Of a DNA stretch of 48,202 nucleotides, positions 30,645 to 39,521 are shown in pieces (within the stretch, counting starts at the first letter, position 1; each line of letters opens with the position of its first letter). The notes under the pieces were generated by a model, which was not told the origin of the DNA, searched no databases, and saw only the letters and a program-made list of their open reading frames with translations. Origin of the DNA: Candidatus Limnocylindrales bacterium. Its GTDB lineage: Bacteria > Vulcanimicrobiota > Vulcanimicrobiia > Vulcanimicrobiales > Vulcanimicrobiaceae. The stretch lies in NCBI GenBank assembly GCA_035488115.1, contig DATHLN010000136.1:1-48202 (forward strand), written 5' to 3'. Position numbers and translations under genes: made by a program.

Positions 30645-31526
30645 TCAGGCGGGGGCCAGCGCGCCGGTGAGGTCGGCGTGGCCGTATTCGACCAGCTCCT
30701 GGCGCGTTACGGTGCGGCACGAGCGCGGCGCCGTGTCGCGGTCGTCGCGCCGATCTTCGCGGTTGCAGTAGCGCGCGGCGCGGAAGTCGATCCCGTGCAG
30801 GTCGACACCGCGCAGATCGGTGCAGACGGTGCGCCGGTTGGTGTCGTCGTAGTAGCCGTCACGTGCCTGCGTGCACAGGATCGCATCGCCGATCGTCGCG
30901 CCCGCGAGCTTCGCGCCGCGCAGGCTGGCGCCGACCAGATCGGCGCCGCGCAGGTCCACGCGCGAGAGGTCGGCATCGCGCGCGCTCATCCCGACCAGCC
31001 GGGCGTCGTTGAGGTGCGCGCCGGCGAGCTTCGCGTCCCGCAGGCTCGCGCCGACGAGCTTGCTGCCGCGAAGATCGGCGTCGTGCAGATCGATCCCGTG
31101 GAGCGAGCAGCCGGTGCAGTCGCGCAGGATGATCCGTCCGGCCGCACCGTCGACGTCCGCCTGCGAGACGCTGGCGCCGACGAACGTGATCCCGTCGGTG
31201 TTCGCGCGAGCGAACGTCGTGTGCCGAAGCCGCACGCCGACGAAGCGCGCGTTGCGCAGATCGGCGCCGTCGAAGCGCGTTCCGTCGAGGTTCGCGCCGG
31301 TGAACTCCGCGTCGCGCAGATTCGCATTGGAGAGATCGACGTCGCGCAGATCGCTGCCGACGAAGCGCAGCCCGTGCAGGTCGCGGCCGTGCAGATCCTT
31401 CGGCAGCCGGCAGCCGACGCACGAGTTGATCAGCTGCCGTGCGAGGTCGTCGTCGGCCGCGACCGCCGGCGCGGACGGTGCGGCGAGGGCGAGCGCCAGA
31501 GCGGCGAGGGCGAGAGAACGGATCAC
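30645..31526 (-). CDS. Secreted pentapeptide-repeat protein with CxxC motifs
   Basis: AGGAGG RBS; signal peptide; CVGC and CTGC; ADL/ANL/ARF repeats. Confidence 0.88.
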   Translation of the reverse strand: MIRSLALAALALALAAPSAPAVAADDDLARQLINSCVGCRLPKDLHGRDLHGLRFVGSDLRDVDLSNANLRDAEFTGANLDGTRFDGADLRNARFVGVRLRHTTFARANTDGITFVGASVSQADVDGAAGRIILRDCTGCSLHGIDLHDADLRGSKLVGASLRDAKLAGAHLNDARLVGMSARDADLSRVDLRGADLVGASLRGAKLAGATIGDAILCTQARDGYYDDTNRRTVCTDLRGVDLHGIDFRAARYCNREDRRDDRDTAPRSCRTVTRQELVEYGHADLTGALAPA

Positions 31527-31543
31527 GACGAGCCTCCTTGGTG

Positions 31544-31559
31544 AACTAACGAAATAAGA
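31544..31559. promoter_or_regulatory. Candidate BlaI-family operator
   Basis: aactaacgaaataaga has the same AACTAA-N4-WTAAGA form as 34785-34800; AT-rich in a ~70% GC context. Confidence 0.55.
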
Positions 31560-31589
31560 CTTAAGAGCAAAAAAGAAGAGCGGGCGGCA

Positions 31590-34367
31590 TCAGCCGTCCA
31601 GCCCGCTGCTTCCGGTCATGGTCATCCCGGCGGTGTGCGCGCCGTGCAGCTCCACGCCGGCGAGGTTGCAGCCCTCGAAGCGCGCGTTGGTGAGGTTCGC
31701 GCCGGACAAGTTCGAGCCGGTCAGGTCGACGCCGCTGAAGCGCACGCCCGAGAGGTTCGCCTCGCGCAGATCGGAGTGACTGAGGTCGGCGCCGCTCAGC
31801 GTGATCCCGTGCAGGTCCTGACCGTGCAGGTCGAGGTGCGAGAGATCGCAGCCGGTGCAGTTCGCGAGCACGCTGCGCAACGCCGTGCCGCGCAGGCTCA
31901 TGCTGCGCACCGAGACGCCGTTCAGCCTGATCCCTTCGAGGTTCGCGCCGTCGAGGTTCGCATTGCGCATCTCGGTGCCGTTGAGCTGCGCGTTGCGCAG
32001 GTCGGCCCGCATCAGGTTGGCACGGGCCAGCGACACGCCGGTCAGCTGCGCACCGGAGAAGTTCACGCCGCGCAGGTCCGCGTCGTTGAAGTTCGCGCCG
32101 TTCAGCAGCAGCCCGTGGAGGTCTTGGCCGTGCAGATCGAGCTTCGCGAAGTCGCAGCCGGTGCAGCTGGCGATCAAGCTGCGGAGCGTCGTGCCGCGCA
32201 GGCTGACGTGCTGGACCGAGGCGCCGATCAACTTGATCCCGTCGAGCTGCGCGTTGTCGAAGTTCGCCTCGCGCAGGTCGACGCCGTTCAGCTCGGCGTT
32301 GCGCAGGTCCGCACCCGAGAGGTTCGCACCGCGCAGCGAGACGCCGAGGAGCTGCGCGCCGCTCAGATTCGCGCCGCGCAGGTCCGCGCCGGAGAGATCG
32401 TCGCCGTTGATCTTCAGACCGTGCAGGTCGACGTTGCGCAGATCGGCGCCGTGCAGCGAGCACGCCATGCACGAGGCGACCAGCTCGCGCGAGAGCTTCA
32501 CGCCGGCGACCCGGGTGCGGTTCGACCACGTCGACTCTTGCGCGATTTGCGCCGGCATCGAGCCCATCGCGATCTTCATCGCTTTCGCGACCTCGGGCCC
32601 GATCTCGACGGTCTCGTGGGTCCGCTTGGCCCGCGCGAGCGCGTTCTCGGCGGCGCTGGTCAGCTTGGCGATCTGCTGCGGCGTCAGCGGCGGAACGTCA
32701 TGCGGGAAGATGACGTACCGCGTCCCATTGGGCGGCAGCTCGGGGATGCTCGGTGCCACAGGGACCCCAGCGTTCGCGCCGGGCGGCGCGGGCGGCGGCG
32801 GAGCCACCGTCCCCGATCCGGTCGAGACGGTCGTGCCGCGGGCCGTGAGTGCGTCGTGCGCGCTCGCGTCGTGCGACGCGAGGCTGCGCGAACCGGTGGA
32901 TTGCGAGGCCGACGCCTCGCCGGCGTACTTCGAGCCGCGCGACGGGCTCTCGTGCGAGCGCGGCGCAACGGTCGGCATCGGGACGAGCTGGAAGTTCACC
33001 GTCTTCGGCTCGAGGACCGCGACCTGGCGCGTGTCGCTCGCTCGGAGATCGGTCTGCTGATTACCGCGCGCGACGGCGGACGATGCGGGGTGCGAGATTT
33101 TCGTATGCGCGCTGCGGACGGCCGCCGCATGCCACGTCACCGGCGCGGCCGCGTTCACGGTAGCCGCGCCGGCCGGCGCTTCCGCAACCGCGGGCAGCTC
33201 GACGGCGGGGGCGCTCGTCGCGACGACGGCGACCGCGAGGACGCTCGCGACCGCGACGCCGAGCGCGGCGAGCGGCGAGCGGTGCAGGCGTGCGCGCTTC
33301 TTGTCGAGCAGCTGCTCGATCCGGACGGTGATCTGCTTGCGCGTGAGCAGCGCTCCCGGCGCGACGACCGCGTGCTCCGGCATCCGCATCTCGCGCGCGA
33401 GCCGCCAGAGCGAGGTCGCATACGCGTGCGCTTCGCCGGTCTTCTCGACGACCGCGTCGTCGGAGGCGATCTCGCGCTCGAGCGCGATCCGGCGCCCGAC
33501 CATCCAGACGATCGGGTTGAACCAGAAGATCCGCTCGATGACGCGCTGCACGAGGTTCGTCCAGTCGTCGTAGCGCCGCAGGTGCGCGTGCTCGTGCAGC
33601 ACCAGCTGCTCGATTGCGGCGAGGCCGTCGGCGGTCGCGAGCTCGGTCGGGATCAAGATCACGGGACGGCGGAAGCCGATCGCGACCGGCGTCTCGATCT
33701 CGAAGGAGAGGCGCAGGTAGATCTCGCGGCCGGGGCCGATCTCGGTGAGCCACGGCAGCTCGTCGGCGAGGGTGCCGTCGAGCGGGCTCGAGCGCCGCTT
33801 GAGACCGCGCACCCGAGCGATGCTCGCCGCCAGACCGATCAGACCGATGAGCGCGCCGAGCACCCACACGCCGACGACGCCGATCGCGAGGTTGCGCGAC
33901 ATGCGCGGCGTCCAGCGGATCACCGGCAGCCGGTCGAGCAGCGACGGACCGCCGAGCGCGATCGGCTGGTACGCGGCGCGGTTTGCCGCCGCAGACAAAC
34001 GCTGCGGAGCGGCGCCGGTGCCGCGAACCTCGTGCCGAGCTGCGCGGCGCTGCATCGCGGTCGTCTCGGCCGCGGAGCGGGCCGGCGCGGCGAGGGTCGC
34101 CGCGCCGGTCGCCGGTGCAGCATCCGGCGCCGGCGCGGAGGTGGTGGCGGCCGGAGCGGCCGCGGTTGCGCGGGCGATGGAGACGCCGATCCCCGCGAGC
34201 GGCATCAGCGCCGTCGCGAGCAAAGCCGTGGTCCACAGCGCGTGCCTCGAGGAAGCGGTCAGGTTCAGCGTGCGCGTCGCCACGAGGACGAGCGCCGCGA
34301 GCACGCCGCCTAGGACGACGCTCGCGAGGATCGCGCGGAGCGCGACGCCGACGACCGCCTCGATCAT
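31590..34367 (-). CDS. BlaR1-like M56 metallopeptidase fused to C-terminal CxxC/pentapeptide-repeat domain
   Basis: TM segments, LHEHAH (HExxH), FWFNP and EREIASD; low-complexity linker, then three CxxC-capped pentapeptide blocks. Confidence 0.9.
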   Translation of the reverse strand: MIEAVVGVALRAILASVVLGGVLAALVLVATRTLNLTASSRHALWTTALLATALMPLAGIGVSIARATAAAPAATTSAPAPDAAPATGAATLAAPARSAAETTAMQRRAARHEVRGTGAAPQRLSAAANRAAYQPIALGGPSLLDRLPVIRWTPRMSRNLAIGVVGVWVLGALIGLIGLAASIARVRGLKRRSSPLDGTLADELPWLTEIGPGREIYLRLSFEIETPVAIGFRRPVILIPTELATADGLAAIEQLVLHEHAHLRRYDDWTNLVQRVIERIFWFNPIVWMVGRRIALEREIASDDAVVEKTGEAHAYATSLWRLAREMRMPEHAVVAPGALLTRKQITVRIEQLLDKKRARLHRSPLAALGVAVASVLAVAVVATSAPAVELPAVAEAPAGAATVNAAAPVTWHAAAVRSAHTKISHPASSAVARGNQQTDLRASDTRQVAVLEPKTVNFQLVPMPTVAPRSHESPSRGSKYAGEASASQSTGSRSLASHDASAHDALTARGTTVSTGSGTVAPPPPAPPGANAGVPVAPSIPELPPNGTRYVIFPHDVPPLTPQQIAKLTSAAENALARAKRTHETVEIGPEVAKAMKIAMGSMPAQIAQESTWSNRTRVAGVKLSRELVASCMACSLHGADLRNVDLHGLKINGDDLSGADLRGANLSGAQLLGVSLRGANLSGADLRNAELNGVDLREANFDNAQLDGIKLIGASVQHVSLRGTTLRSLIASCTGCDFAKLDLHGQDLHGLLLNGANFNDADLRGVNFSGAQLTGVSLARANLMRADLRNAQLNGTEMRNANLDGANLEGIRLNGVSVRSMSLRGTALRSVLANCTGCDLSHLDLHGQDLHGITLSGADLSHSDLREANLSGVRFSGVDLTGSNLSGANLTNARFEGCNLAGVELHGAHTAGMTMTGSSGLDG

Positions 34368-34751
34368 CTACTGCTGCCCTTTCGCCTTGTCGAGAAGCTC
34401 GCGGAGCCGGTCCAGCTCCGCATCATCTACTGCCTCGGACTCGAGAAGATTCAGCACGAGCTCGCGAGGCGAGCCGTCGAAGAAGCGCGAGAGAACGTGG
34501 CTGACCACGCTGCGCTGTGCCTCGTCACGCGCGACGACGGCGCGGTAGATGAAGGCGCGCCCGGCCGCTTTGTGGCGGACGTAGCCTTTCTGCTCGAGGA
34601 TACGCATGGTGGTGAGGACGGTGTTGTACGCGAGCGGCGGATCGCCGATCGCGTCGACGACATCAGCGACGCTCGACTCGCAACGGTCCCAGAGGACTTG
34701 CATGAGGCGGTACTCCGCCTCCGTGAGGGTCGGCGACTTCTTGCGGGGCAT
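34368..34751 (-). CDS. BlaI/MecI/CopY family transcriptional repressor
   Basis: LTEAEYRLMQVLW, LAYNTVLT...LEQKG, GRAFIY and FFDGS. Confidence 0.93.
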   Translation of the reverse strand: MPRKKSPTLTEAEYRLMQVLWDRCESSVADVVDAIGDPPLAYNTVLTTMRILEQKGYVRHKAAGRAFIYRAVVARDEAQRSVVSHVLSRFFDGSPRELVLNLLESEAVDDAELDRLRELLDKAKGQQ

Positions 34752-34757
34752 ACCCCG

Positions 34758-34800
34758 ACGCTATCATGCCGGGTGTCCCAAGTCAACTAAAGTTTTAAGA
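34758..34800 (-). promoter_or_regulatory. sigma70-type promoter (TTGACT-17-TAGCGT) for a probably leaderless blaI mRNA, with operator overlapping -35
   Basis: -10 ends 6 nt before the ATG; aactaaagttttaaga at 34785-34800. Confidence 0.6.
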
Positions 34801-34808
34801 AGAACAGA

Positions 34809-35408
34809 TTAGGCGGCGCATAGCGCAGGCTCGCCGGCCGCGCGGACCGCCTCGAGAAGCCCGTCGAGCCCCCGCTCACCGGCCAGCCCGGCGAGCGCCT
34901 CCTGCGTGAGCGGCGCGCCGCCGCCGGCCGGGACGAACACCACATCCTCGGGCTCGGCGATCCGCGCGTGCGCCTCGTAGACGTGCTCGCCGTCGACCAG
35001 CACGATCCCGCGGTCGTCGAAGTCCACCATGATCACGCGAATCCCCTGAGCCGCGGCTGCGGAGCGGACGCCGGCCGGGAGGTTCGCCGTCGCGAGGAGC
35101 GCCGCGACCGGGCGGTCCCGCAGTGCCGCGCGGGCCGACGGCTCGTCGGCGACCGGCGGGAGCGGGGCCAGCGCGGCCCGGATCGACGCGACGCCGAGCA
35201 GCGCGGCCGCGAAGGCCGCCGTCCCGGGCGCCAGCGCGCTCGCGACGTGGTCGCCGGGCTCGACGCCGCGCGCGGCGAGGGCCGCGCCGAGCGCGTCCGC
35301 GGCGTTGCACAGCGCGACATGGTCCAGCTCGACCCCGTCCGCGCCGGAGACTCCTCGGCTCGGGGCACAGCCGCGGCACACGAGATCGATGAGCGTCTTC
35401 GCAAGCAT
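34809..35408 (-). CDS. Short AMP-binding (acyl-CoA synthetase N-terminal-like) protein, probably catalytically dead
   Basis: LGAALAARGVEPGDHVA... resembles the ANL N-terminus; the P-loop region is degenerate and the C-terminal half is absent. Confidence 0.55.
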   Translation of the reverse strand: MLAKTLIDLVCRGCAPSRGVSGADGVELDHVALCNAADALGAALAARGVEPGDHVASALAPGTAAFAAALLGVASIRAALAPLPPVADEPSARAALRDRPVAALLATANLPAGVRSAAAAQGIRVIMVDFDDRGIVLVDGEHVYEAHARIAEPEDVVFVPAGGGAPLTQEALAGLAGERGLDGLLEAVRAAGEPALCAA

Positions 35409-35463
35409 GCCGGAGCTTTGCCCCGCGACCGTCCAAGTGAAACCGCCGACCCCGCCAATTGAA

Positions 35464-35489
35464 ACGGCGGCCGCTTGCGCGACCGCCGT
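35464..35489 (-). terminator. Probable terminator after the substrate-binding protein gene
   Basis: acggcggccgc-ttgc-gcgaccgccgt hairpin followed by TTTCAATT on the minus strand. Confidence 0.55.
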
Positions 35490-35517
35490 CCGGATCCGAT
35501 GCTTGGGAGCGCCGGTG

Positions 35518-36867
35518 CTATTTGGTCGAGACGACCGTGTAGTTTTCGCGCGGCCCGATCTTCTCCGAGGTGATGACCTTCTCGGCCGCGGTGCTGTCCG
35601 GGTTCGAGCACGGCTCAGCGGCGTAGTCGCCGCCGACCGTCGAGGCGATCGTGAAGAACTCGTTCGGCGAACGGCGCTTGTTCTTCGCGACGATCTCGCC
35701 CGCGTAGGTTTGCTGGATCGCTTGGTGGTCGCACTTGCGGAAGTACGCGCCGCTCTTCTTGGCCGCGTCGTAGTGGTAGTTCTCGAACGCCTCGACGATC
35801 TTCTCGGTCGCCGTCGAGCCGGCCGCGTTGACGCGGTTGATGATGTTCTTGCCGGCCATGTAGCCGAGGTATTGACGCCAGTCGACTTCGGAGACGTTCG
35901 GTTTGAGCGCGTTGTAGACGCGCGGCGCGTCGCCGCCGGCCTCCGGTCCCCACACGTAGCCCCACAGCGAGCCGACGAGATCGTCGACCGGCATGCCGAC
36001 CGCGACGTCGTTACCGCACAGGATCCCACCGAACGTCATTTTCTTGTTGAGGCCGAGTTGGACGGCGGCCTTCGTGGCGTTTTGGCAGTCGGGTCCATAG
36101 TTACAGAACACGAGCACGTTCGCGTCGGTATTGCGCGCCTTGGTGAGATACGACGAGTAGTCGGTCTGGCCGAGCGGATGCAGGTCGACGCCGACCTCGG
36201 AGCCGCCCTGGGCGAGCAGGATCTTACGGAACCGCTCGTGGGCGTCGGTACCGAACGCGTAGTCGGCGACGAGGAAGTACCACTTCTTCCCGTGCTTGAG
36301 GAGCGCAGGGCCGACCGCGTTCGCCAGCATCGCGTTCGAGCAGGTCTGGCGGAAGGTGACCCGGTGCGCCTTGGCGCCCGTGATGTTGGTGTCATGGGTG
36401 CCGACCGCGAGGAAGAACGTGTTGTTCTCGGCGGCGGTTGCCGAGACGGCCAGCCCGACCGCGGAACTGAGGCAGCCGGTCAAGAGGTCGACCTTCTCCT
36501 GCGAGATCAGCCGCTTCGCTTCGGTGGTACCGGTCGCCGCTTTGTTGGCGTCGTCGCCCTTGATGATCTCGTACTTGATGCGGTTGTTCTTGCGCATCGC
36601 CTCGGCGACGGCCACTTCCATCCCGTGCTGCTGCGACTGCGACGCGGCCGCGTAGACGCCGGAGAAGCCGTCGATGTGGCCGATCTTGACGGTCGCGCCG
36701 CCGCCGGCGGCGATCACGTCGCGGGGCGGAAGGAGAGGCGACGCGCCGGCCGCGCGCGTCTCGAGAAGCGGAAAGCCGAGTGCGGCCGCGCCGGCGATGC
36801 CGAGGGCGCCGGTACGGCGAAGAAACTCCTTCCGATCGACGGAAGAGTCCGGGCGATGGTCGTCCAT
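35518..36867 (-). CDS. Liv-type ABC substrate-binding protein with Tat-like signal
   Basis: AAGGAG RBS; DRKEFL Tat-like motif; KIGHID, GCLSSAVG, ADYAFG and DYSSYL. Confidence 0.88.
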   Translation of the reverse strand: MDDHRPDSSVDRKEFLRRTGALGIAGAAALGFPLLETRAAGASPLLPPRDVIAAGGGATVKIGHIDGFSGVYAAASQSQQHGMEVAVAEAMRKNNRIKYEIIKGDDANKAATGTTEAKRLISQEKVDLLTGCLSSAVGLAVSATAAENNTFFLAVGTHDTNITGAKAHRVTFRQTCSNAMLANAVGPALLKHGKKWYFLVADYAFGTDAHERFRKILLAQGGSEVGVDLHPLGQTDYSSYLTKARNTDANVLVFCNYGPDCQNATKAAVQLGLNKKMTFGGILCGNDVAVGMPVDDLVGSLWGYVWGPEAGGDAPRVYNALKPNVSEVDWRQYLGYMAGKNIINRVNAAGSTATEKIVEAFENYHYDAAKKSGAYFRKCDHQAIQQTYAGEIVAKNKRRSPNEFFTIASTVGGDYAAEPCSNPDSTAAEKVITSEKIGPRENYTVVSTK

Positions 36868-36978
36868 GGTGCTCCTTACCGGGAGTTCAGGGCTGCTTTT
36901 GGGCCAAGTTTCTTCGAAACGCCTGAGCACCCTACATCATCGCACGGACACCGTATGGAAACGACGAAGACGTAACGC

Positions 36979-37974
36979 GTGGCGGAGGAACGGGCCGAAC
37001 CCAAAGTCGTCCTCCTCGTCCGGCTGCTCAGCGCAATCGACGAGGGGCGCTTCACGTTCGAGGAGCTCAAGGATCAGATCGCGGACGAGAAGCCGCCCAG
37101 CACGCGAACGCTGCGGCGCTATCTGAGCGTCCTCGCCGACGCGGGTTTTCCGTGGTTTTTCGACCGCGCGAGCGGGACGTACCGGTTCGCCGACGGCTAC
37201 AGCCTGCGCCGATTGAACCTTTCGCACCGGGAATTACAGGGACTCGTGACCCTGAAGCGCTTGGGCTCCTCGCTCGGTCCGGCGCTTGCGACGGCGATCG
37301 AGGAGACGACGCAGAAGCTGCTGCGCTCCAGCGACCGCCGGACCGAGGTCTCGATCGAGAGCAGCTCGCTGGCGATTCGGCTGGAGCCGGTCGCGATGGA
37401 CGCGGCGGCGGAGCGCGCGTTCGAGCAGCTGCAGAGTGCCGAGCGCGACCGAAGGCGCGTGCAGTTCGGCTACACGGACAAGAAGGGCGCGCGGACGCAG
37501 CGGCGCGTCGACCCGTACGGCTTCATCGTCTCGGGCGGGCGGGTCTACCTGGTCGGCTACGACCACAACCGCACCGACATGCGCGTCTTCGCGGTCGACA
37601 ACGTCTCCGACGTCGCGGTGACGCCGCAGAAGTACGAGAAGCCGGCCGATTTCAACCTCGAGGCGTACGGTGCCGACTCGGTGAGCGGCGTCGTTCACGG
37701 CGACGCGGTGACCGACGTGACGGTACGTTTCTCGCCGGTCGTCGCGAAGGCGGCGGCCGCGTCGAGCACGACGCGCGAGCGCCGGGTCGAGCCGCGCGAC
37801 GACGGCGGCGTCGACATCACGTACCGCGTCGCGGACCCGCTCGAGATCGTGCGGATGTCGCTCGGCTGGGGAGCCGAGGCGGAAGTGATCGCGCCCGAGG
37901 AGGCGCGCCGCGCCGCCGCCGAGATCGCGCGCGAGGTCGCGGCGCGCTACGCCGTCCCGCGCGGTTCCGCCTGA
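36979..37974 (+). CDS. HTH-WYL-WCX transcriptional regulator (PafB/PafC-like)
   Basis: N-terminal HTH (STRTLRRYLSVL), RRVDPYG...VYLVGYD...RVFAVDNV (WYL) and GWGAEAEVIAPEE (WCX). Confidence 0.9.
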   Translation: MAEERAEPKVVLLVRLLSAIDEGRFTFEELKDQIADEKPPSTRTLRRYLSVLADAGFPWFFDRASGTYRFADGYSLRRLNLSHRELQGLVTLKRLGSSLGPALATAIEETTQKLLRSSDRRTEVSIESSSLAIRLEPVAMDAAAERAFEQLQSAERDRRRVQFGYTDKKGARTQRRVDPYGFIVSGGRVYLVGYDHNRTDMRVFAVDNVSDVAVTPQKYEKPADFNLEAYGADSVSGVVHGDAVTDVTVRFSPVVAKAAAASSTTRERRVEPRDDGGVDITYRVADPLEIVRMSLGWGAEAEVIAPEEARRAAAEIAREVAARYAVPRGSA

Positions 37975-38018
37975 GCGAGCAGGAACGGAGAAACCGCGGG
38001 TCGCGTTCTTCCAGGGAC

Positions 38019-38534
38019 ATGACGCGCTCGATGAAGCTCTTCGTCGCCCTCGCCGCCGCCGCCGCGTTATCGTGCGGCGCGGCCGCGCGCGCGGCCGTCC
38101 CCGCGGGCCAGCCCGTCGACGGGATCCGTTGCGACCAGATGGAGGGCTCGCTGATGCACATCCACCAGCACTTGCGGATCCTCGATCACGGCAAGCCGGT
38201 CGCGATTCCCGACGACATCGGCCGCCCGATGATCGGCCAGTGCTTCTACTGGATCCACACGCACACGCCCGACGGCATCATCCACATCGAGTCGCCGAGC
38301 TTCAAGACGTTCACGCTCGGCAACTTCTTCGACGTCTGGGGCGAGCCGCTGACGAAAACCGACGTCGCCGGCGCGCGCCCGAAAAAGAACGAGCGCATCA
38401 TGGTCTGGGTGAACGGCAACCGTTACAACGGCGACCCTCGCGCGATCCAGCTGACGCAACATCTCGACGCGACGATCGAGGTCGGCCCACCGTATTCCAG
38501 GCCCGCGCCGTTCACCGCGTGGAACGGCAACTGA
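38019..38534 (+). CDS. Hypothetical secreted His-rich protein
   Basis: Signal peptide; HIHQHL, YWIHTHTPDGIIHIES and FTLGNFFDVWG. Confidence 0.8.
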   Translation: MTRSMKLFVALAAAAALSCGAAARAAVPAGQPVDGIRCDQMEGSLMHIHQHLRILDHGKPVAIPDDIGRPMIGQCFYWIHTHTPDGIIHIESPSFKTFTLGNFFDVWGEPLTKTDVAGARPKKNERIMVWVNGNRYNGDPRAIQLTQHLDATIEVGPPYSRPAPFTAWNGN

Positions 38535-38557
38535 GGTAGCGTGATCGACGTACCGGC

Positions 38558-38640
38558 TGCGGCGCATCCTTCGACAAGCTCAGGATGACATTGCGGACGG
38601 GGGCGATGCCATTTTGCGGAAAGCCGCGATGACATTGCGG
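38558..38640. repeat. REP-like repeat followed by two degenerate tandem half-copies
   Basis: 36-mer tgcggcgcatccttcgacaagctcaggatgacattg (34/36 identical to 43036-43071). gatgacattgcgg occurs at 38584 and 38628, with a variant at 38605. Confidence 0.85.
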
Positions 38641-38643
38641 TTT

Positions 38644-38857
38644 AGACGCGACGAAGCCGCGGGGCGTGGGCGCCGTCGCGGCTTCGTTTTCTCGCGCGAG
38701 ATCGAGGGAGGCGCGACTTCTCGCTGATCGGCTCAGCCAGGAGGGCGTCATAGTCGTTTCGGTGTTGTGATCGCATCCGTCGGGCTTGCGCCTTCCGTGT
38801 CTACGTTCGTTTCACCGGCGAGCTTCTCGCCGCTCGCCGCCGGCTCGTCACCGGCGT
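38644..38857 (-). ncRNA. Putative structured ncRNA, copy 1
   Basis: Own promoter upstream; hairpin ggcgagc-ggcgagaa-gctcgcc; ggc-GCAA-gcc tetraloop; terminal hairpin homologous to copies 2 and 3. Ends approximate. Confidence 0.65.
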
Positions 38858-38863
38858 GCACGC

Positions 38864-38892
38864 ATCATAAAATCAAAGAAACCGGGTTGCAA
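38864..38892 (-). promoter_or_regulatory. sigma70-type promoter TTGCAA-17-TATGAT
   Basis: Near-consensus hexamers with 17 nt spacing; same position relative to the RNA in all three copies. Confidence 0.75.
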
Positions 38893-38999
38893 TACCCTCA
38901 AACCCAACATCCACAAGAAATTCGAGTTGTGCCCCAATCTTCACAACCAATCCCTGCTTTTCACACCCAAACCTTCGTCGCATTGAGAACATAGTGCCA

Positions 39000-39146
39000 G
39001 GGATGGGCGACACGCGGGGGGTTCGCGGGGTGCTTTCGTAGGCGCGCAGCCCTGGAAGGGCGGGAGCGCCGAAGAACGCAGCGACCGTAGCGCATGGATG
39101 CGCGGAGGGAGCGTGCCCAGCGAACCCCCTGCGTGTCGCCCATCCC
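39000..39146. repeat. Hairpin/MITE-like element E2: 27-bp inverted repeat (one mismatch, G-U compatible) around a core homologous to E1
   Basis: Arms at 39000-39026 and 39120-39146; core 39058-39114 aligns with 797-856. Confidence 0.85.
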
Positions 39147-39161
39147 CGCCACCCTGCGTTC

Positions 39162-39376
39162 AAACGCGACGAAACCGCCCAAATTTCTCTGGTCGGTTTC
39201 GGTCAGCACGAGAATCCGATCTGCGAGCGTCCTCGCCGCCTTTCGGCGGCCATTACGTCGTCGAACTTCGAGTCGATGCTTCTCTCTTGAACGCGCCCGG
39301 CTTGCACCGTTCGCATTCCGATCTGTCCGCATCAGCGAGCTTCTCGCCGCTCGCCCGTCGTCGTTGCCGTCGACGT
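39162..39376 (-). ncRNA. Putative structured ncRNA, copy 2
   Basis: GCAA and GAAA tetraloop hairpins; GCGAGAA-loop hairpin; 3' half clearly homologous to copy 3; terminal hairpin followed by Ts. Confidence 0.7.
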
Positions 39377-39382
39377 GTTCAC

Positions 39383-39412
39383 ATCATACGTGCACCACCG
39401 TACACCGCGCAA
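39383..39412 (-). promoter_or_regulatory. sigma70-type promoter TTGCGC-18-TATGAT
   Basis: Homologous to 38864-38892, including the flanking gcaataccc. Confidence 0.7.
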
Positions 39413-39521
39413 TACCCCAACGCCCCGAAACGCCGCTTCTCCACAAGAACTTTCACTTTTCCACGATGTTCCGCAGCATTCCACGCTTTCCACATGCACC
39501 GATGCATCCGCGCGACGCGCG

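Noticed and set aside
30240-32470. Dense short DNA repeats (e.g. cgcgcaggtc)
   Set aside because: Fully explained by pentapeptide-repeat coding.
38717-38752. Apparent fourth ncRNA unit (cttctcgc...gcgtcata)
   Set aside because: Aligns with the internal TGGC-hairpin-GCGAG segment of copies 2 and 3, so it is part of copy 1; no good -35.
38860-39500. Chromosomal oriC
   Set aside because: No perfect DnaA box, no clear unwinding element and no dnaA/dnaN/rpmH/gidA nearby; kept only as a DnaA-box-like observation.
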